A program made the position numbers and the translations under genes. 62,330 bases of DNA from Syntrophales bacterium (lineage in GTDB: Bacteria; Desulfobacterota; Syntrophia; Syntrophales; JACQWR01), in NCBI GenBank assembly GCA_049302035.1, contig JBAQLR010000126.1, forward strand, positions 1 through 62,330. The letters run 5' to 3'. Shown piece by piece: positions 29,813-39,539 of the stretch (its first letter is position 1; every line of letters begins with the position of its first letter). The notes under the pieces are model-generated. The model was not told the origin of the DNA. It saw nothing but the letters and a program-made list of their open reading frames with translations, and made no database searches.

Positions 29813-31146
29813 AAGCCGTGCACATTGTCAGCCTCGGCTGTGCCAAAAATCAGGTAGATGCGGAGGTTATGGCCGCAAGTCTGGAAGGGGGCGGTTACCA
29901 CATCGTTCCCGACCCTCGGCTGGCTACCATCATCATGGTTAACACCTGCGCCTTCATCCTGCCCGCCAAGGAAGAATCGATCGAAGAGATTCTGCGCGCT
30001 GCCGCCTGTAAAAAGACCGACCGCTGCCGTTACCTGGTGGTAACCGGCTGCCTGGCCCAGCGTTACGGTAAAAGTCTGCTCCCGGAATTGCCGGAGGTTG
30101 ACCTCTTCCTGGACATAAACGAGGTGCCGCATATCGCCGGGCATCTGGATAGACTGAGGGAACAAAAAAGCCCTGCACCCGTGGCCATCGTCAAAAACCC
30201 CTCCTTCCTCATGAATGCCGGGCACAGCCGTTTGCTTGCCACCCCTCCTTACACCGCTTACCTGAAAATTGCCGAAGGTTGCTCAAATTTCTGCTCCTAC
30301 TGCATCATTCCCGCTCTCCGGGGAAAGGCCAGAAGCAGACCACCGGAGGATATTCTGACCGAAGCGGAAAATCTGGCGTCAAAAGGCGTCCGGGAAGTCA
30401 TCCTTACCGCCCAGGATACTACTGCTTACGGGCGGGAGCTGAAGGGACGTCCCGGCCTGAGCGAGCTTTTAAAAAAGCTGGCGGACATCAAGGACCTGCG
30501 CTGGATCAGACTCCTTTATACCTACCCCGGGAAACTTGATGCCGCGACGCTCACGGTCATGGCCGAAGCAGAAAAAGTTTGCTCCTATGTAGATATACCA
30601 ATCCAGCATATTGATGATGATATCTTGAAAGCCATGCGCCGGCGGGGTGATAGTGCCCAAATAGGCCAAAGCGTTGCGTTGATAAGAAAGATCATCCCCG
30701 ACGTGGCTTTGCGTACCTCGCTGATTGTGGGTTTCCCCGGCGAAACACCTGCCAGATTCAAGAGACTGGTGAATTTTATCGCCGCCGCAAAGTTCGATCA
30801 CCTGGGCGTCTTTACATATTCCCAGGAAGAAGAGACAACCGCCGCCATGCTGCCGGGCCATGTTACGGAAAAAACGAAAGGACGACGACGCCAAAGGCTG
30901 ATGGAGGAGCAGGCCACTATTTCCAGCGCCATTAATCAAGGTCTGGTGGGCTCTGCACAGGAAGTGCTGATCGAAGGCCCAAGCGACATCCCTGCCTACC
31001 CCTACATCGGCCGCAGCCGCCGCCAGGCGCCCGACGTAGATGGTGTGACCTATATCAAAGGGGAGGCGCTCAAGGCAGGAGATTTTGTGAGCGCCACCAT
31101 CCGCGCCGCCGACACCTACGATCTTTATGCAGAGGTAAACAAATAA
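29809..31146 (+). CDS. rimO: ribosomal protein S12 methylthiotransferase RimO (MiaB-family radical SAM)
   Basis: UPF0004 N-domain (SLGCAKNQVDAE), radical-SAM motif CSNFCSYC and a TRAM C-terminus. The TTG start overlaps the ftsK TGA stop (TTGA). Confidence 0.85.
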   Translation: MKAVHIVSLGCAKNQVDAEVMAASLEGGGYHIVPDPRLATIIMVNTCAFILPAKEESIEEILRAAACKKTDRCRYLVVTGCLAQRYGKSLLPELPEVDLFLDINEVPHIAGHLDRLREQKSPAPVAIVKNPSFLMNAGHSRLLATPPYTAYLKIAEGCSNFCSYCIIPALRGKARSRPPEDILTEAENLASKGVREVILTAQDTTAYGRELKGRPGLSELLKKLADIKDLRWIRLLYTYPGKLDAATLTVMAEAEKVCSYVDIPIQHIDDDILKAMRRRGDSAQIGQSVALIRKIIPDVALRTSLIVGFPGETPARFKRLVNFIAAAKFDHLGVFTYSQEEETTAAMLPGHVTEKTKGRRRQRLMEEQATISSAINQGLVGSAQEVLIEGPSDIPAYPYIGRSRRQAPDVDGVTYIKGEALKAGDFVSATIRAADTYDLYAEVNK

Positions 31147-31159
31147 ACATGGAGAAAAC

Positions 31160-32326
31160 ATGCAAAAAGTCTGTTTGATGCTACTGGCATTTGCCCTTCT
31201 AATCCTGTCCCTGGCAGCCTGCAGCGGCCAGAAAGGCCCGGCCGTCAGAATCGGCCTCATTGCCGAGTTGACGGGCGATATGCCGGCAGTGGGGGAATCC
31301 TGTAAGAAGGCCGCGGAAATGGCGGTACAGGAGGTCAATGACCGCGGTGGCCTGGCAATAGCCGGCAAAAGGTACAAGCTCGAGCTATTTGTTGAAGACA
31401 ACGGGGGGAAGGCCGATCAATCTGCGGCGGTCGCACAGAAGCTGATCACGCAACGGCAGGTGCACGCCCTCGTCGGACCCAATGCCACACGCTATGCCTT
31501 GCCGGCCGCAGAGATTGCGGAAAGCTCGAAGGTGGTCCTCATCACTCCCTGGTCCACCAGCCCCAAAACCACCCTGGACGCCCGCACCAATATTCCCAAA
31601 AAATATGTCTTCCGCGCTTGCTTTACCGATCCCTTTCAGGGTCGCGTCGTGGCCAATTTCGCCCTGGACAATCTCAAGGCCAGGAAAGCCGCCGTGCTCT
31701 ATGATGTCGCCTCGGAATACAACAAAGGCATTGCGGAAATATTCAAGACAACCTTTGAACAAAAAGGCGGCCAGGTTGTCGCTTTCGAGACCTATACCAC
31801 CAATGACAAGGACTTCTCCGGACAGTTGACCAAGATCAAGCGCGCCGCCCCGGAGCTGATCTTTTTACCTAACTATTACAGCGAGATACCGTTGCAGATA
31901 CAACAGGCGAAGCGTCTGGGCATCAACGTGCCTTTCGTAGGAAGCGATTCCTGGGGTTCCCGGGAATTACTCAAGCTTTGCGGCCAGGATTGCGAGGGAG
32001 CCTTTTTCAGCACCCATTACGCCGCCGACCTGGGCACGCCGGCAGCCACAAAGTTTATTGCCGGTTACAAGGCCAGATACGGCAAGATGCCCGATGATGT
32101 GGCAGCCCTCACCTATGACTCTTTCGGGCTCCTGTTGGAGGCCCTGAAGAGCGTCCCGGCCCCGGACCGGACCGCTGTCCGGAATGCCCTGGCCAGTATC
32201 TCACATTATGAAGGTGTCACGGGGAACATGCAGTTCCGGGAAGGCTCCACCGACCCTATCAAGAGCGCTGTCATCCTGAAGATCAAGGATGGAAAATTTG
32301 CTTACTACACCAGTGCGAACCCCTGA
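31160..32326 (+). CDS. branched-chain amino acid ABC transporter substrate-binding lipoprotein (LivK/LivJ family)
   Basis: Lipobox LSLAAC and a type-I periplasmic binding fold. It is followed by livH/M/G homologues. Confidence 0.85.
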   Translation: MQKVCLMLLAFALLILSLAACSGQKGPAVRIGLIAELTGDMPAVGESCKKAAEMAVQEVNDRGGLAIAGKRYKLELFVEDNGGKADQSAAVAQKLITQRQVHALVGPNATRYALPAAEIAESSKVVLITPWSTSPKTTLDARTNIPKKYVFRACFTDPFQGRVVANFALDNLKARKAAVLYDVASEYNKGIAEIFKTTFEQKGGQVVAFETYTTNDKDFSGQLTKIKRAAPELIFLPNYYSEIPLQIQQAKRLGINVPFVGSDSWGSRELLKLCGQDCEGAFFSTHYAADLGTPAATKFIAGYKARYGKMPDDVAALTYDSFGLLLEALKSVPAPDRTAVRNALASISHYEGVTGNMQFREGSTDPIKSAVILKIKDGKFAYYTSANP

Positions 32327-32329
32327 CGG

Positions 32330-33205
32330 ATGACTTACCTTTTCCAGCAAATGCTGAACGCCCTTCAGGTCGGCAGTATCTATGCCCTCATCGCCCTGGG
32401 TTATACGATGGTGTACGGCATCCTCACCATGATAAACTTCGCCCACGGCGACCTTTTCATGGTGGGCGCTTTCCTGTGCTTTCTGGCGGCGACCTGCCTT
32501 GGTCTGCCTTTTATCCCGGCCCTGCTGCTTTCCATGGGCGGCACGGCAATCCTCGGTGTTGTCATTGAGCGTTACGCTTACAAACCGTTGCGTCAAGCTC
32601 CGCGTGTTTCCGCCATCATTACCGCCCTCGGGGTGGGTTTGTTTCTCGAAAATTTTACCCTGGCTTTAAGCCCCTACCCCCGGCAGATTCCCCCGCTCTT
32701 CGGCAATACAACCTGGGTTTTATTGAACGTCTCCATCTCCTCACTGCAAATATTTATCATCCTTTTGTCTCTCTTCCTGATGTTGCTGCTAGACTTGACG
32801 GTACGGCACACCCTGGTGGGAATGGCCATGCGCGCCATCGCCTGGGACAAAATAACGGCTTCCCTGATGGGAGCACCGGTGGACACGATCATTTCCCTGA
32901 CTTTTGCCATCGGCGCCGGTCTGGGCGGAGCGGCGGGCGTCATGTACGGCCTTGCCTACCCGGTCATCGATCCCTACATGGGTGTCATGATGGGGTGGAA
33001 AGCATTTATCGCGGCAGTAGTGGGCGGCATCGGCAATATGCGCGGCGCCATGCTCGGCGGCTACATCCTCGGCGCCGTGGAAATCATGGTGGTAGCTTTT
33101 ATGCCTTCCACCTACCGCGATTTTGTCGCCTTCATCCTTTTGCTGGCCCTGCTCATCTTCCGGCCTCATGGCATGTTGGGGAAACCCCACTCTGAAAAGG
33201 TTTAA
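32330..33205 (+). CDS. livH: branched-chain amino acid ABC transporter permease LivH
   Basis: 291-aa polytopic membrane protein of the LivH family. Confidence 0.9.
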   Translation: MTYLFQQMLNALQVGSIYALIALGYTMVYGILTMINFAHGDLFMVGAFLCFLAATCLGLPFIPALLLSMGGTAILGVVIERYAYKPLRQAPRVSAIITALGVGLFLENFTLALSPYPRQIPPLFGNTTWVLLNVSISSLQIFIILLSLFLMLLLDLTVRHTLVGMAMRAIAWDKITASLMGAPVDTIISLTFAIGAGLGGAAGVMYGLAYPVIDPYMGVMMGWKAFIAAVVGGIGNMRGAMLGGYILGAVEIMVVAFMPSTYRDFVAFILLLALLIFRPHGMLGKPHSEKV

Positions 33206-33208
33206 ACG

Positions 33209-34225
33209 ATGACCCGCCTCTTTCAGATAAGGCAGCAACTGGCCAACATCCTGCAAGTAAAAGGCTTTTTACCGATACTGCTCTTGGGCGTCTTTCTTTT
33301 TTCTCTGGCCGTACAGCGCTTCGAGCTGCTTGACCCCTATGTGCAGCTCGTGGTGATGTACATCGGCATCAACATCATCCTGACGCTCAGCCTCAATCTG
33401 ATCAACGGCTACATGGGGGAATTTTCCGTGGGACATGCCGGTTTCATGGCCGTCGGAGCCTATATCGCTTCTTACCTTACGGTGAAAATTATCCCGCTCT
33501 CCCTGAGTTTCTGGCTTTTCCCCCTAGCCGTCCTGGCCGGCGGCGCGGGGGCCGCCGTAATCGGCCTTGCGGTCGCCTTTCCCTCCTTCAAAACACGCGG
33601 CGACTATCTGGCCATCGTTACCCTCGCCTTCGTGATGATTGTCAAATCGGCGATCGAAAATATCGAAGCCCTGGGCGGGCCACGGGGCTTTCTGGGCATG
33701 GAAAAACTTACCACTCTGCCCTGGGTCACCTTCTGGGTAATCCTTTCCGTCTGGATCATCCGCAACCTTGTCTATTCCAATTTCGGCAGGGGCGTACTGG
33801 CCGTCCGCGAGGATGAGCTGGCTGCCGGCCTGATGACCGTTAACACCAGGCATGTCAAGATGCTGGCCTTCGCCGTTTCCGCCTTTTTTGCCGGTATTGC
33901 CGGGGCGCTCTTCGCGCACCTTTTGCAGTTCATCAACCCCCGCTCTTTTGATCTCCTCAAATCGACGGATATCCTGATCATGGTTTACCTGGGAGGCGTC
34001 GGCTCCCTCACCGGCTCGATCCTCGGCGCCACGGCTTATACCCTGCTCCTGGAAATACTGCGGCCCCTGGGCGTCTGGCGGATGGCGCTCATGCCCCTGT
34101 TGCTGGTGCTCCTGATGCTCTTCCGTCCGCGCGGCATCATGGGCTTGAGGGAAGGCCTCACTTTGATACCACTGCGCGACCGGATGGAGCCGCCGCCCCG
34201 CAAGAAAGAGGAAGGGGTTAGCTGA
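33209..34225 (+). CDS. livM: branched-chain amino acid ABC transporter permease LivM
   Basis: 338-aa polytopic membrane protein of the LivM family. Confidence 0.9.
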   Translation: MTRLFQIRQQLANILQVKGFLPILLLGVFLFSLAVQRFELLDPYVQLVVMYIGINIILTLSLNLINGYMGEFSVGHAGFMAVGAYIASYLTVKIIPLSLSFWLFPLAVLAGGAGAAVIGLAVAFPSFKTRGDYLAIVTLAFVMIVKSAIENIEALGGPRGFLGMEKLTTLPWVTFWVILSVWIIRNLVYSNFGRGVLAVREDELAAGLMTVNTRHVKMLAFAVSAFFAGIAGALFAHLLQFINPRSFDLLKSTDILIMVYLGGVGSLTGSILGATAYTLLLEILRPLGVWRMALMPLLLVLLMLFRPRGIMGLREGLTLIPLRDRMEPPPRKKEEGVS

Positions 34226-34992
34226 TGCCTGTTTTGCAAGCCGGGCACGTCTCGCACCACTTCCATGGCCTGTCCGCCGTTTCCGACTTTAACCTGATTT
34301 TGGAACCGGAAGAGCTGGTGGGCCTCATTGGCCCGAACGGCGCCGGCAAGACAACCGTTTTCAACCTGATTACAGGCATCTATCGGGCTTCCAGCGGAAG
34401 CATCTCTCTGAATGGCACAGAAATTATCGGCAAAGAACCCTGCGAGATCGCGGCGCTCGGCGTGGCCCGCACCTTCCAGAACATTCGCCTTTTTAGGGAA
34501 CTGACCGTGTTGGATAACGTCCGGATCGCCCATTATGCACGGGCAAAGTACAATCCTCTGGAAGCCATGCTCCACCTGGGACGTTTTCGTAAGGAGGAAA
34601 AAGCAATCAAGGAACACTCCCTGGCGCTCCTGGCATTGTTGAAATTGGCCGATCATGCCGCCGAACCGGCCAAAAATCTTTCCTACGGCTTACAGAGAAG
34701 GCTGGAAATTGCCCGGGCATTAGCCACGGAGCCGACGCTCCTTTTGCTCGACGAACCGGCGGCGGGCATGAACCCCCAGGAGGTCGGCGGGCTCATGGAA
34801 TTCATCCGCTGGATCAGGACGGAGTTTAAACTGACGATCCTGCTCATCGAACATCAGATGCCGCTGGTGATGAACATCTGCGAGCGCCTGCTGGTTCTCG
34901 ATTTCGGCGTGACCATCGCGATGGGCCTGCCGCAGGAAATCCGGGACGACCAGCGTGTGCAGGAGGTTTATCTGGGCGAGGCGCAGCCATGA
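34225..34992 (+). CDS. livG: branched-chain amino acid ABC transporter ATP-binding protein LivG
   Basis: Walker A GPNGAGKTT, signature LSYGLQRR and Walker B LLLLDEPAAG. Confidence 0.9.
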   Translation: MPVLQAGHVSHHFHGLSAVSDFNLILEPEELVGLIGPNGAGKTTVFNLITGIYRASSGSISLNGTEIIGKEPCEIAALGVARTFQNIRLFRELTVLDNVRIAHYARAKYNPLEAMLHLGRFRKEEKAIKEHSLALLALLKLADHAAEPAKNLSYGLQRRLEIARALATEPTLLLLDEPAAGMNPQEVGGLMEFIRWIRTEFKLTILLIEHQMPLVMNICERLLVLDFGVTIAMGLPQEIRDDQRVQEVYLGEAQP

Positions 34993-35034
34993 CGGATACG
35001 AAGAGTGTGGTAGATTACAAAGAGGCGAGACGTA

Positions 35035-36939
35035 ATGGCACTTATATGGACCAATGATATTTCCGTAAGCTTTGGCGGTCCCATGCTGCTCGATGGCGCC
35101 AAGCTCCAGATTGCCGCCGGGGAGAGGATCGGGCTGGTAGGACGGAACGGCTCGGGCAAGACTACTCTCCTGAAGGCGCTGATGGGCGATATCCCCCTGG
35201 ATCGAGGTGAAATCAAGGAATCCGGCAACGTGAAAATCGCCATGCTGCCGCAGGAGGTCCCGGAAGACCTGCCAGGCACGGTTTATGACGTGGTGGCAGC
35301 AGGCGGCCGGGAACATTGGGAGCTTATCAGGATTCATCAAGACCTCGCCCTGCGGATCACACGGTCCGGCGACGATAATCTTTTAAGAAAGCTTGACCAA
35401 GTGCAGCGCGAGTTGGAGACATCCGGTGGCTGGCGCCATCATCAGATAGTCAACATGGTAATCAACAAAAGCGGGCTCGCTCCGCACACAGAGTTCAGGT
35501 TGCTCTCGGCTGGCTGGAAGCGCCGTGTTTTTCTGGCCAAGGCTCTGGTAAATGAACCGGATATCCTGATCCTCGATGAGCCGACCAACCATCTGGATAT
35601 AACCGCCATCCTCTGGCTGGAAGATTTTCTGCTTAATTTCGAGAGAACGGTACTTTTCGTGACCCATGACCGAATGTTTCTCCGGAAGTTGGCAACACGC
35701 ATTGTGGAGATTGATCGAGGTCAACTGATTTCCTTTGCCTGTGACTACGCTACCTATATCGAACGCCGCGAGGCCCTGCTGGAAGCGGAAGAGCGGCAGC
35801 GTCAGGAATCAGACAAAAAACTGGCCAGGGAGGAAAGCTGGATCAGACAGGGGGTTAAGGCGCGCCGTACGCGCAATGAAGGCCGGGTGAGGGCCTTGTT
35901 GCGGCTACGGCAGGAACGGGCGCAAAGACGCGACCAGAAAGGCAGTGTCCGGCTCATGATCCAGGAAGCGAAGCGGAGCGGCCGTCTGGTAGTCGAGGCC
36001 GAGGCGATTACTTTCGCTCATGATGAAGTTCCGATCATCAAGGAACTCTCCTGCACCATTATTCGTGGCGATAAGGTGGGGATTATCGGCCCCAACGGTG
36101 CGGGTAAAACCACCCTCCTCAAGATTCTACTCGGCACGCTCAAGCCGCAGCAAGGCAATCTCCGCCTGGGAACGGGGCTCGAGATCGCCTATTTTGATCA
36201 AACGAGAGCCCAACTGGACGAGGACAAAACGCTGAAGGAAAATATCACCGGGGGCGGCGACACGGTATTCATAGACGGCGTCCCCAGGCATATCGTGGGA
36301 TATCTCCAGGGTTTCCTCTTCCCCCCCGCACAAATCATGGCGCCGGTCAAGGCCCTCTCAGGTGGGGAACGTAATCGCCTGCTTCTGGCCAAGCTGTTCA
36401 GCCTGCCCTCCAACGTCCTGGTACTGGACGAGCCAACCAACGATCTGGATGCGGAAACCCTGGAAATGCTTGAAGACAGGCTAATGGAATACGGGGGCAC
36501 GGTGCTGCTCGTAAGTCACGACCGGGCTTTTCTCAACAATGTCGTGACCTCGACGATCGTCTTTGAGGGTAATGGCATGCTGCAGGAATACGTAGGTGGT
36601 TATGACGACTGGCTGCGGCAACAAACAATCCAGCCGACACCTGCAAAGGCATCCCCCCCGGAACAGAAGAAAAAGAAAGAAAAGCCGCCGCAAGAGAAGC
36701 TCAGGCTCTCGTATAAAGAAACACAGGAGTTAGCGGAGCTGCCGGGGAGGATCGAGACCCTGGAAAAAGAGCAGCAGCGGCTGCTTGAAGCCATAAACTC
36801 TCCCGGCTTTTATGGGGGGAATGATGCCGCAAAAATCAGGGCAACTACCGATCGGCTGGCAGACCTGGAAAAACAGCGGGAGGAAACCTATCAGTACTGG
36901 GAAAAGCTGGAAAAACTGGCAACAAAGTCATCAAGGTAG
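35035..36939 (+). CDS. ABC-F family ATPase (Uup-like)
   Basis: Two ABC cassettes (GRNGSGKTT and GPNGAGKTT), no TM domain, and a charged C-terminal coiled coil. 634 aa. Confidence 0.9.
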   Translation: MALIWTNDISVSFGGPMLLDGAKLQIAAGERIGLVGRNGSGKTTLLKALMGDIPLDRGEIKESGNVKIAMLPQEVPEDLPGTVYDVVAAGGREHWELIRIHQDLALRITRSGDDNLLRKLDQVQRELETSGGWRHHQIVNMVINKSGLAPHTEFRLLSAGWKRRVFLAKALVNEPDILILDEPTNHLDITAILWLEDFLLNFERTVLFVTHDRMFLRKLATRIVEIDRGQLISFACDYATYIERREALLEAEERQRQESDKKLAREESWIRQGVKARRTRNEGRVRALLRLRQERAQRRDQKGSVRLMIQEAKRSGRLVVEAEAITFAHDEVPIIKELSCTIIRGDKVGIIGPNGAGKTTLLKILLGTLKPQQGNLRLGTGLEIAYFDQTRAQLDEDKTLKENITGGGDTVFIDGVPRHIVGYLQGFLFPPAQIMAPVKALSGGERNRLLLAKLFSLPSNVLVLDEPTNDLDAETLEMLEDRLMEYGGTVLLVSHDRAFLNNVVTSTIVFEGNGMLQEYVGGYDDWLRQQTIQPTPAKASPPEQKKKKEKPPQEKLRLSYKETQELAELPGRIETLEKEQQRLLEAINSPGFYGGNDAAKIRATTDRLADLEKQREETYQYWEKLEKLATKSSR

Positions 36940-36976
36940 CATTTGGTGCGGTTGGCCGGTGCAATGAGCAGCACGG

Positions 36977-37186
36977 TTACGACGGAATCTCCCCTTGGGC
37001 CGTACTTTCGACAATCTCTCCCACCGGTTCCGGCGCCGCGTTCCCGGCATCCACGCTGGAAGCGTCCGTTTTTACCTCAGCTTTCTGCTGCTTGGCAAGC
37101 AGACGCTTGGAAGCCTTATCCAATTGTTTCTGCTGTCTGGCTTTTTCCTTTGTCTGTTTGCCAAAGTTGTACATGGACCTGCCCAT
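36977..37186 (-). CDS. small Lys/Gln-rich hypothetical protein (69 aa)
   Basis: An ORF in an otherwise empty 350-nt gap, with a G-rich RBS 5 nt upstream. The N-terminal half is highly basic and the C-terminal half is acidic. I do not recognise a family. Confidence 0.35.
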   Translation of the reverse strand: MGRSMYNFGKQTKEKARQQKQLDKASKRLLAKQQKAEVKTDASSVDAGNAAPEPVGEIVESTAQGEIPS

Positions 37187-37290
37187 TTTTCGCCCCCCTT
37201 TTTTTCCGCGTTGCAGGATGTTCTAAAAGTGAGAGGCGCCGCAACATGACAATATCCTGCTGAGGCGCCTCCTGCTTTTTCCCGATTTAA

Positions 37291-37491
37291 TTAGACAGCT
37301 TTCACATTTTCCGCTGCCGGGCCTTTATTGCCCTGAACAACATCGAAACTTACAGCCTGTCCCTCGGTTAGGGTCTTGAAGCCACCGGCTTGAATGGCGC
37401 TGTAATGGACAAAAACGTCCCCACCGTCATTCTTCTCGATAAACCCAAAGCCTTTACTTTCGTTAAACCATTTTACTTTACCTTCTGACAT
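37291..37491 (-). CDS. cspA: cold-shock protein (CspA family)
   Basis: [18 protein letters not shown].. with RNP1/RNP2 motifs. The start is set at the ATG at 37489-37491 with an AGGAGG RBS. 66 aa. Confidence 0.95.
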   Translation of the reverse strand: MSEGKVKWFNESKGFGFIEKNDGGDVFVHYSAIQAGGFKTLTEGQAVSFDVVQGNKGPAAENVKAV

Positions 37492-37733
37492 AATTAGCAT
37501 CCTCCTTTCCTGAAAATTTACCAAAAGTCGAATTACCAATATGACAGGATAAAAAAACCACCAAGACTCTAAAGAGCACGGTGGCCGCCTTTGCACTTCA
37601 AATTGTCATAACCCAACTTTAGCTGCGCCGCCCTGACTTCCGGCTTAAACGCGCAGGATATGTTGGGACCCTACTCGACTCTTTGCACAAAGTCAAGGCA
37701 TATTTTGCCGTCCCGACATTCCGGTGTAATAAC

Positions 37734-37762
37734 TTGACACATAATCGCCTAGCCATTACATT
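37734..37762 (+). promoter_or_regulatory. sigma-70-type promoter of the DEAD-box helicase gene
   Basis: TTGACA-N17-TACATT, 22 nt upstream of the ATG at 37785. Confidence 0.5.
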
Positions 37763-37784
37763 CCGCCGAGGAGAAAAAACCGAA

Positions 37785-39503
37785 ATGACACTTTTTGCAG
37801 AACTGGGAATCCACGATAACATCCTCAAGGCGCTTTCCGACCTTGGCTTTACCACGCCCACACCGGTACAGGAGCAAACGATCCCCACCCTGCTGGAAAA
37901 GCAGATTGACCTGATCTGCCTCGCCCAAACGGGTACGGGCAAGACAGCGGCCTTTGGCATCCCCCTGCTCCAATTGACTGACGCTCGCAGCAAGCAGACG
38001 CAGGCTCTGGTATTGTGCCCCACCCGCGAGCTCTGCATCCAGGTGGCCAAGGATATGGCCTCCTATGCCAAATATCTGTCAGGCATCAAAATCCTGGCCG
38101 TATATGGTGGCGCCAGCATCGAGCCACAGATAAGAGCCTTGCGTCAGGGTACGCAAATTATCGTCGCAACCCCTGGCCGCCTCCACGATCTGATTCGTCG
38201 CGGCACGGTCAATATTACCGCCATCCGGACCGTGGTACTGGATGAAGCCGACGAAATGCTCCAAATGGGCTTCCAGGATGAACTGAACGCCATTCTCGCC
38301 GAAACGCCGACAGATAAGAATACCCTGCTGTTTTCTGCCACAATGTCCAGGGAGGTGGCAGCTATTGCCGGTCGCTATATGACCGCCCCGCTAGAGCTTA
38401 CAGTTGGCAAACGCAATGCCGGTGCGGAAAATATCAGTCATGTCTATTATATGGTCCAGTCCAGGGATCGTTATGCGGCCTTAAAAAGGATCGTCGACAG
38501 CAATCCCGATATTTATTCCATTATCTTCTGCCGCACGCGCCAGGAAACACAGGAAACGGCGGACAAGCTTATCCAGGATGGCTACAACGCCGACGCTCTG
38601 CACGGCGACCTTTCTCAAACCCAGCGGGAACTGATCATGAACAAATTTCGCCGCAAGAATCTGCAGCTACTTGTAGCGACCGACGTGGCGGCCCGCGGTC
38701 TCGATGTCAATGATCTTACCCATATCATCAATTACAATCTTCCCGACGACGCCGCAAGCTATACGCATCGGAGTGGCCGCACCGGCCGGGCCGGCAAGAC
38801 GGGGATTTCCATTGCCATCATCCACATGCGGGAAAAGCACCGGATCAAGGAGATCGAAGGTAAACTGAAAAGAACTTTCCAGAGGGGCCGTATCCCTTCA
38901 GGTCAGGATATTTGCGCCACGCAGTTACTCCGCATGATTGATACCATGAAACAGGTAGAAATTGACCACAAACAGATTGCGCCTTTTCTGTCGGCCATCA
39001 TGGAAAGGCTGTCCATGCTCGACCGCGAAGAGCTGATCAAAAAATTTGTCTCTGTGGAGTTCAACCGTTTCTTGGAATATTACCGGAATGCCCCCGATCT
39101 GAATGTCTCGGAAGGGGAAAAAAGGCCGGAGCCACGGCAGACTCCCCGGGAAAACAAAGTTTTCAAACCATCGTCCCGACAGATGATTTCCCGCTTCCTC
39201 ATAAACGTGGGCAAGAAAGATGGCGTCAATCCGGGCCGCCTGATCGGAGAGATCAACGATGCCGTCGGCAATAAAAAACTCCGGATCGGCAAAATAGAAA
39301 TGATGAACAATTCAGCAATATTGGAGGTTGAAAGCTCTTTCGCACCCCAGGTCATGGGTGCATTTAAAAACCTGATGATCAACGGTAAGCCCGTGGCCAT
39401 TAAACTTGTCAAAGACAGAATATCCGATGGTAAAGGGGAGGGAACCCATAAAGCCAGGAAACCGGCCGCAAATAATGCCATGAAGCCCCGCTACCGAAAA
39501 TAA
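37785..39503 (+). CDS. deaD: DEAD-box ATP-dependent RNA helicase (DeaD/CsdA-like, with a DbpA-type C-terminal RNA-binding domain)
   Basis: AQTGTGKT, DEAD, SAT and HRSGRTGRAG motifs. The start is set at the ATG at 37785 with a GAGGAG RBS. Confidence 0.9.
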   Translation: MTLFAELGIHDNILKALSDLGFTTPTPVQEQTIPTLLEKQIDLICLAQTGTGKTAAFGIPLLQLTDARSKQTQALVLCPTRELCIQVAKDMASYAKYLSGIKILAVYGGASIEPQIRALRQGTQIIVATPGRLHDLIRRGTVNITAIRTVVLDEADEMLQMGFQDELNAILAETPTDKNTLLFSATMSREVAAIAGRYMTAPLELTVGKRNAGAENISHVYYMVQSRDRYAALKRIVDSNPDIYSIIFCRTRQETQETADKLIQDGYNADALHGDLSQTQRELIMNKFRRKNLQLLVATDVAARGLDVNDLTHIINYNLPDDAASYTHRSGRTGRAGKTGISIAIIHMREKHRIKEIEGKLKRTFQRGRIPSGQDICATQLLRMIDTMKQVEIDHKQIAPFLSAIMERLSMLDREELIKKFVSVEFNRFLEYYRNAPDLNVSEGEKRPEPRQTPRENKVFKPSSRQMISRFLINVGKKDGVNPGRLIGEINDAVGNKKLRIGKIEMMNNSAILEVESSFAPQVMGAFKNLMINGKPVAIKLVKDRISDGKGEGTHKARKPAANNAMKPRYRK

Positions 39504-39539
39504 GCCCACCTGTTGTGATGACGGCCCGAAAAAGCCGCG

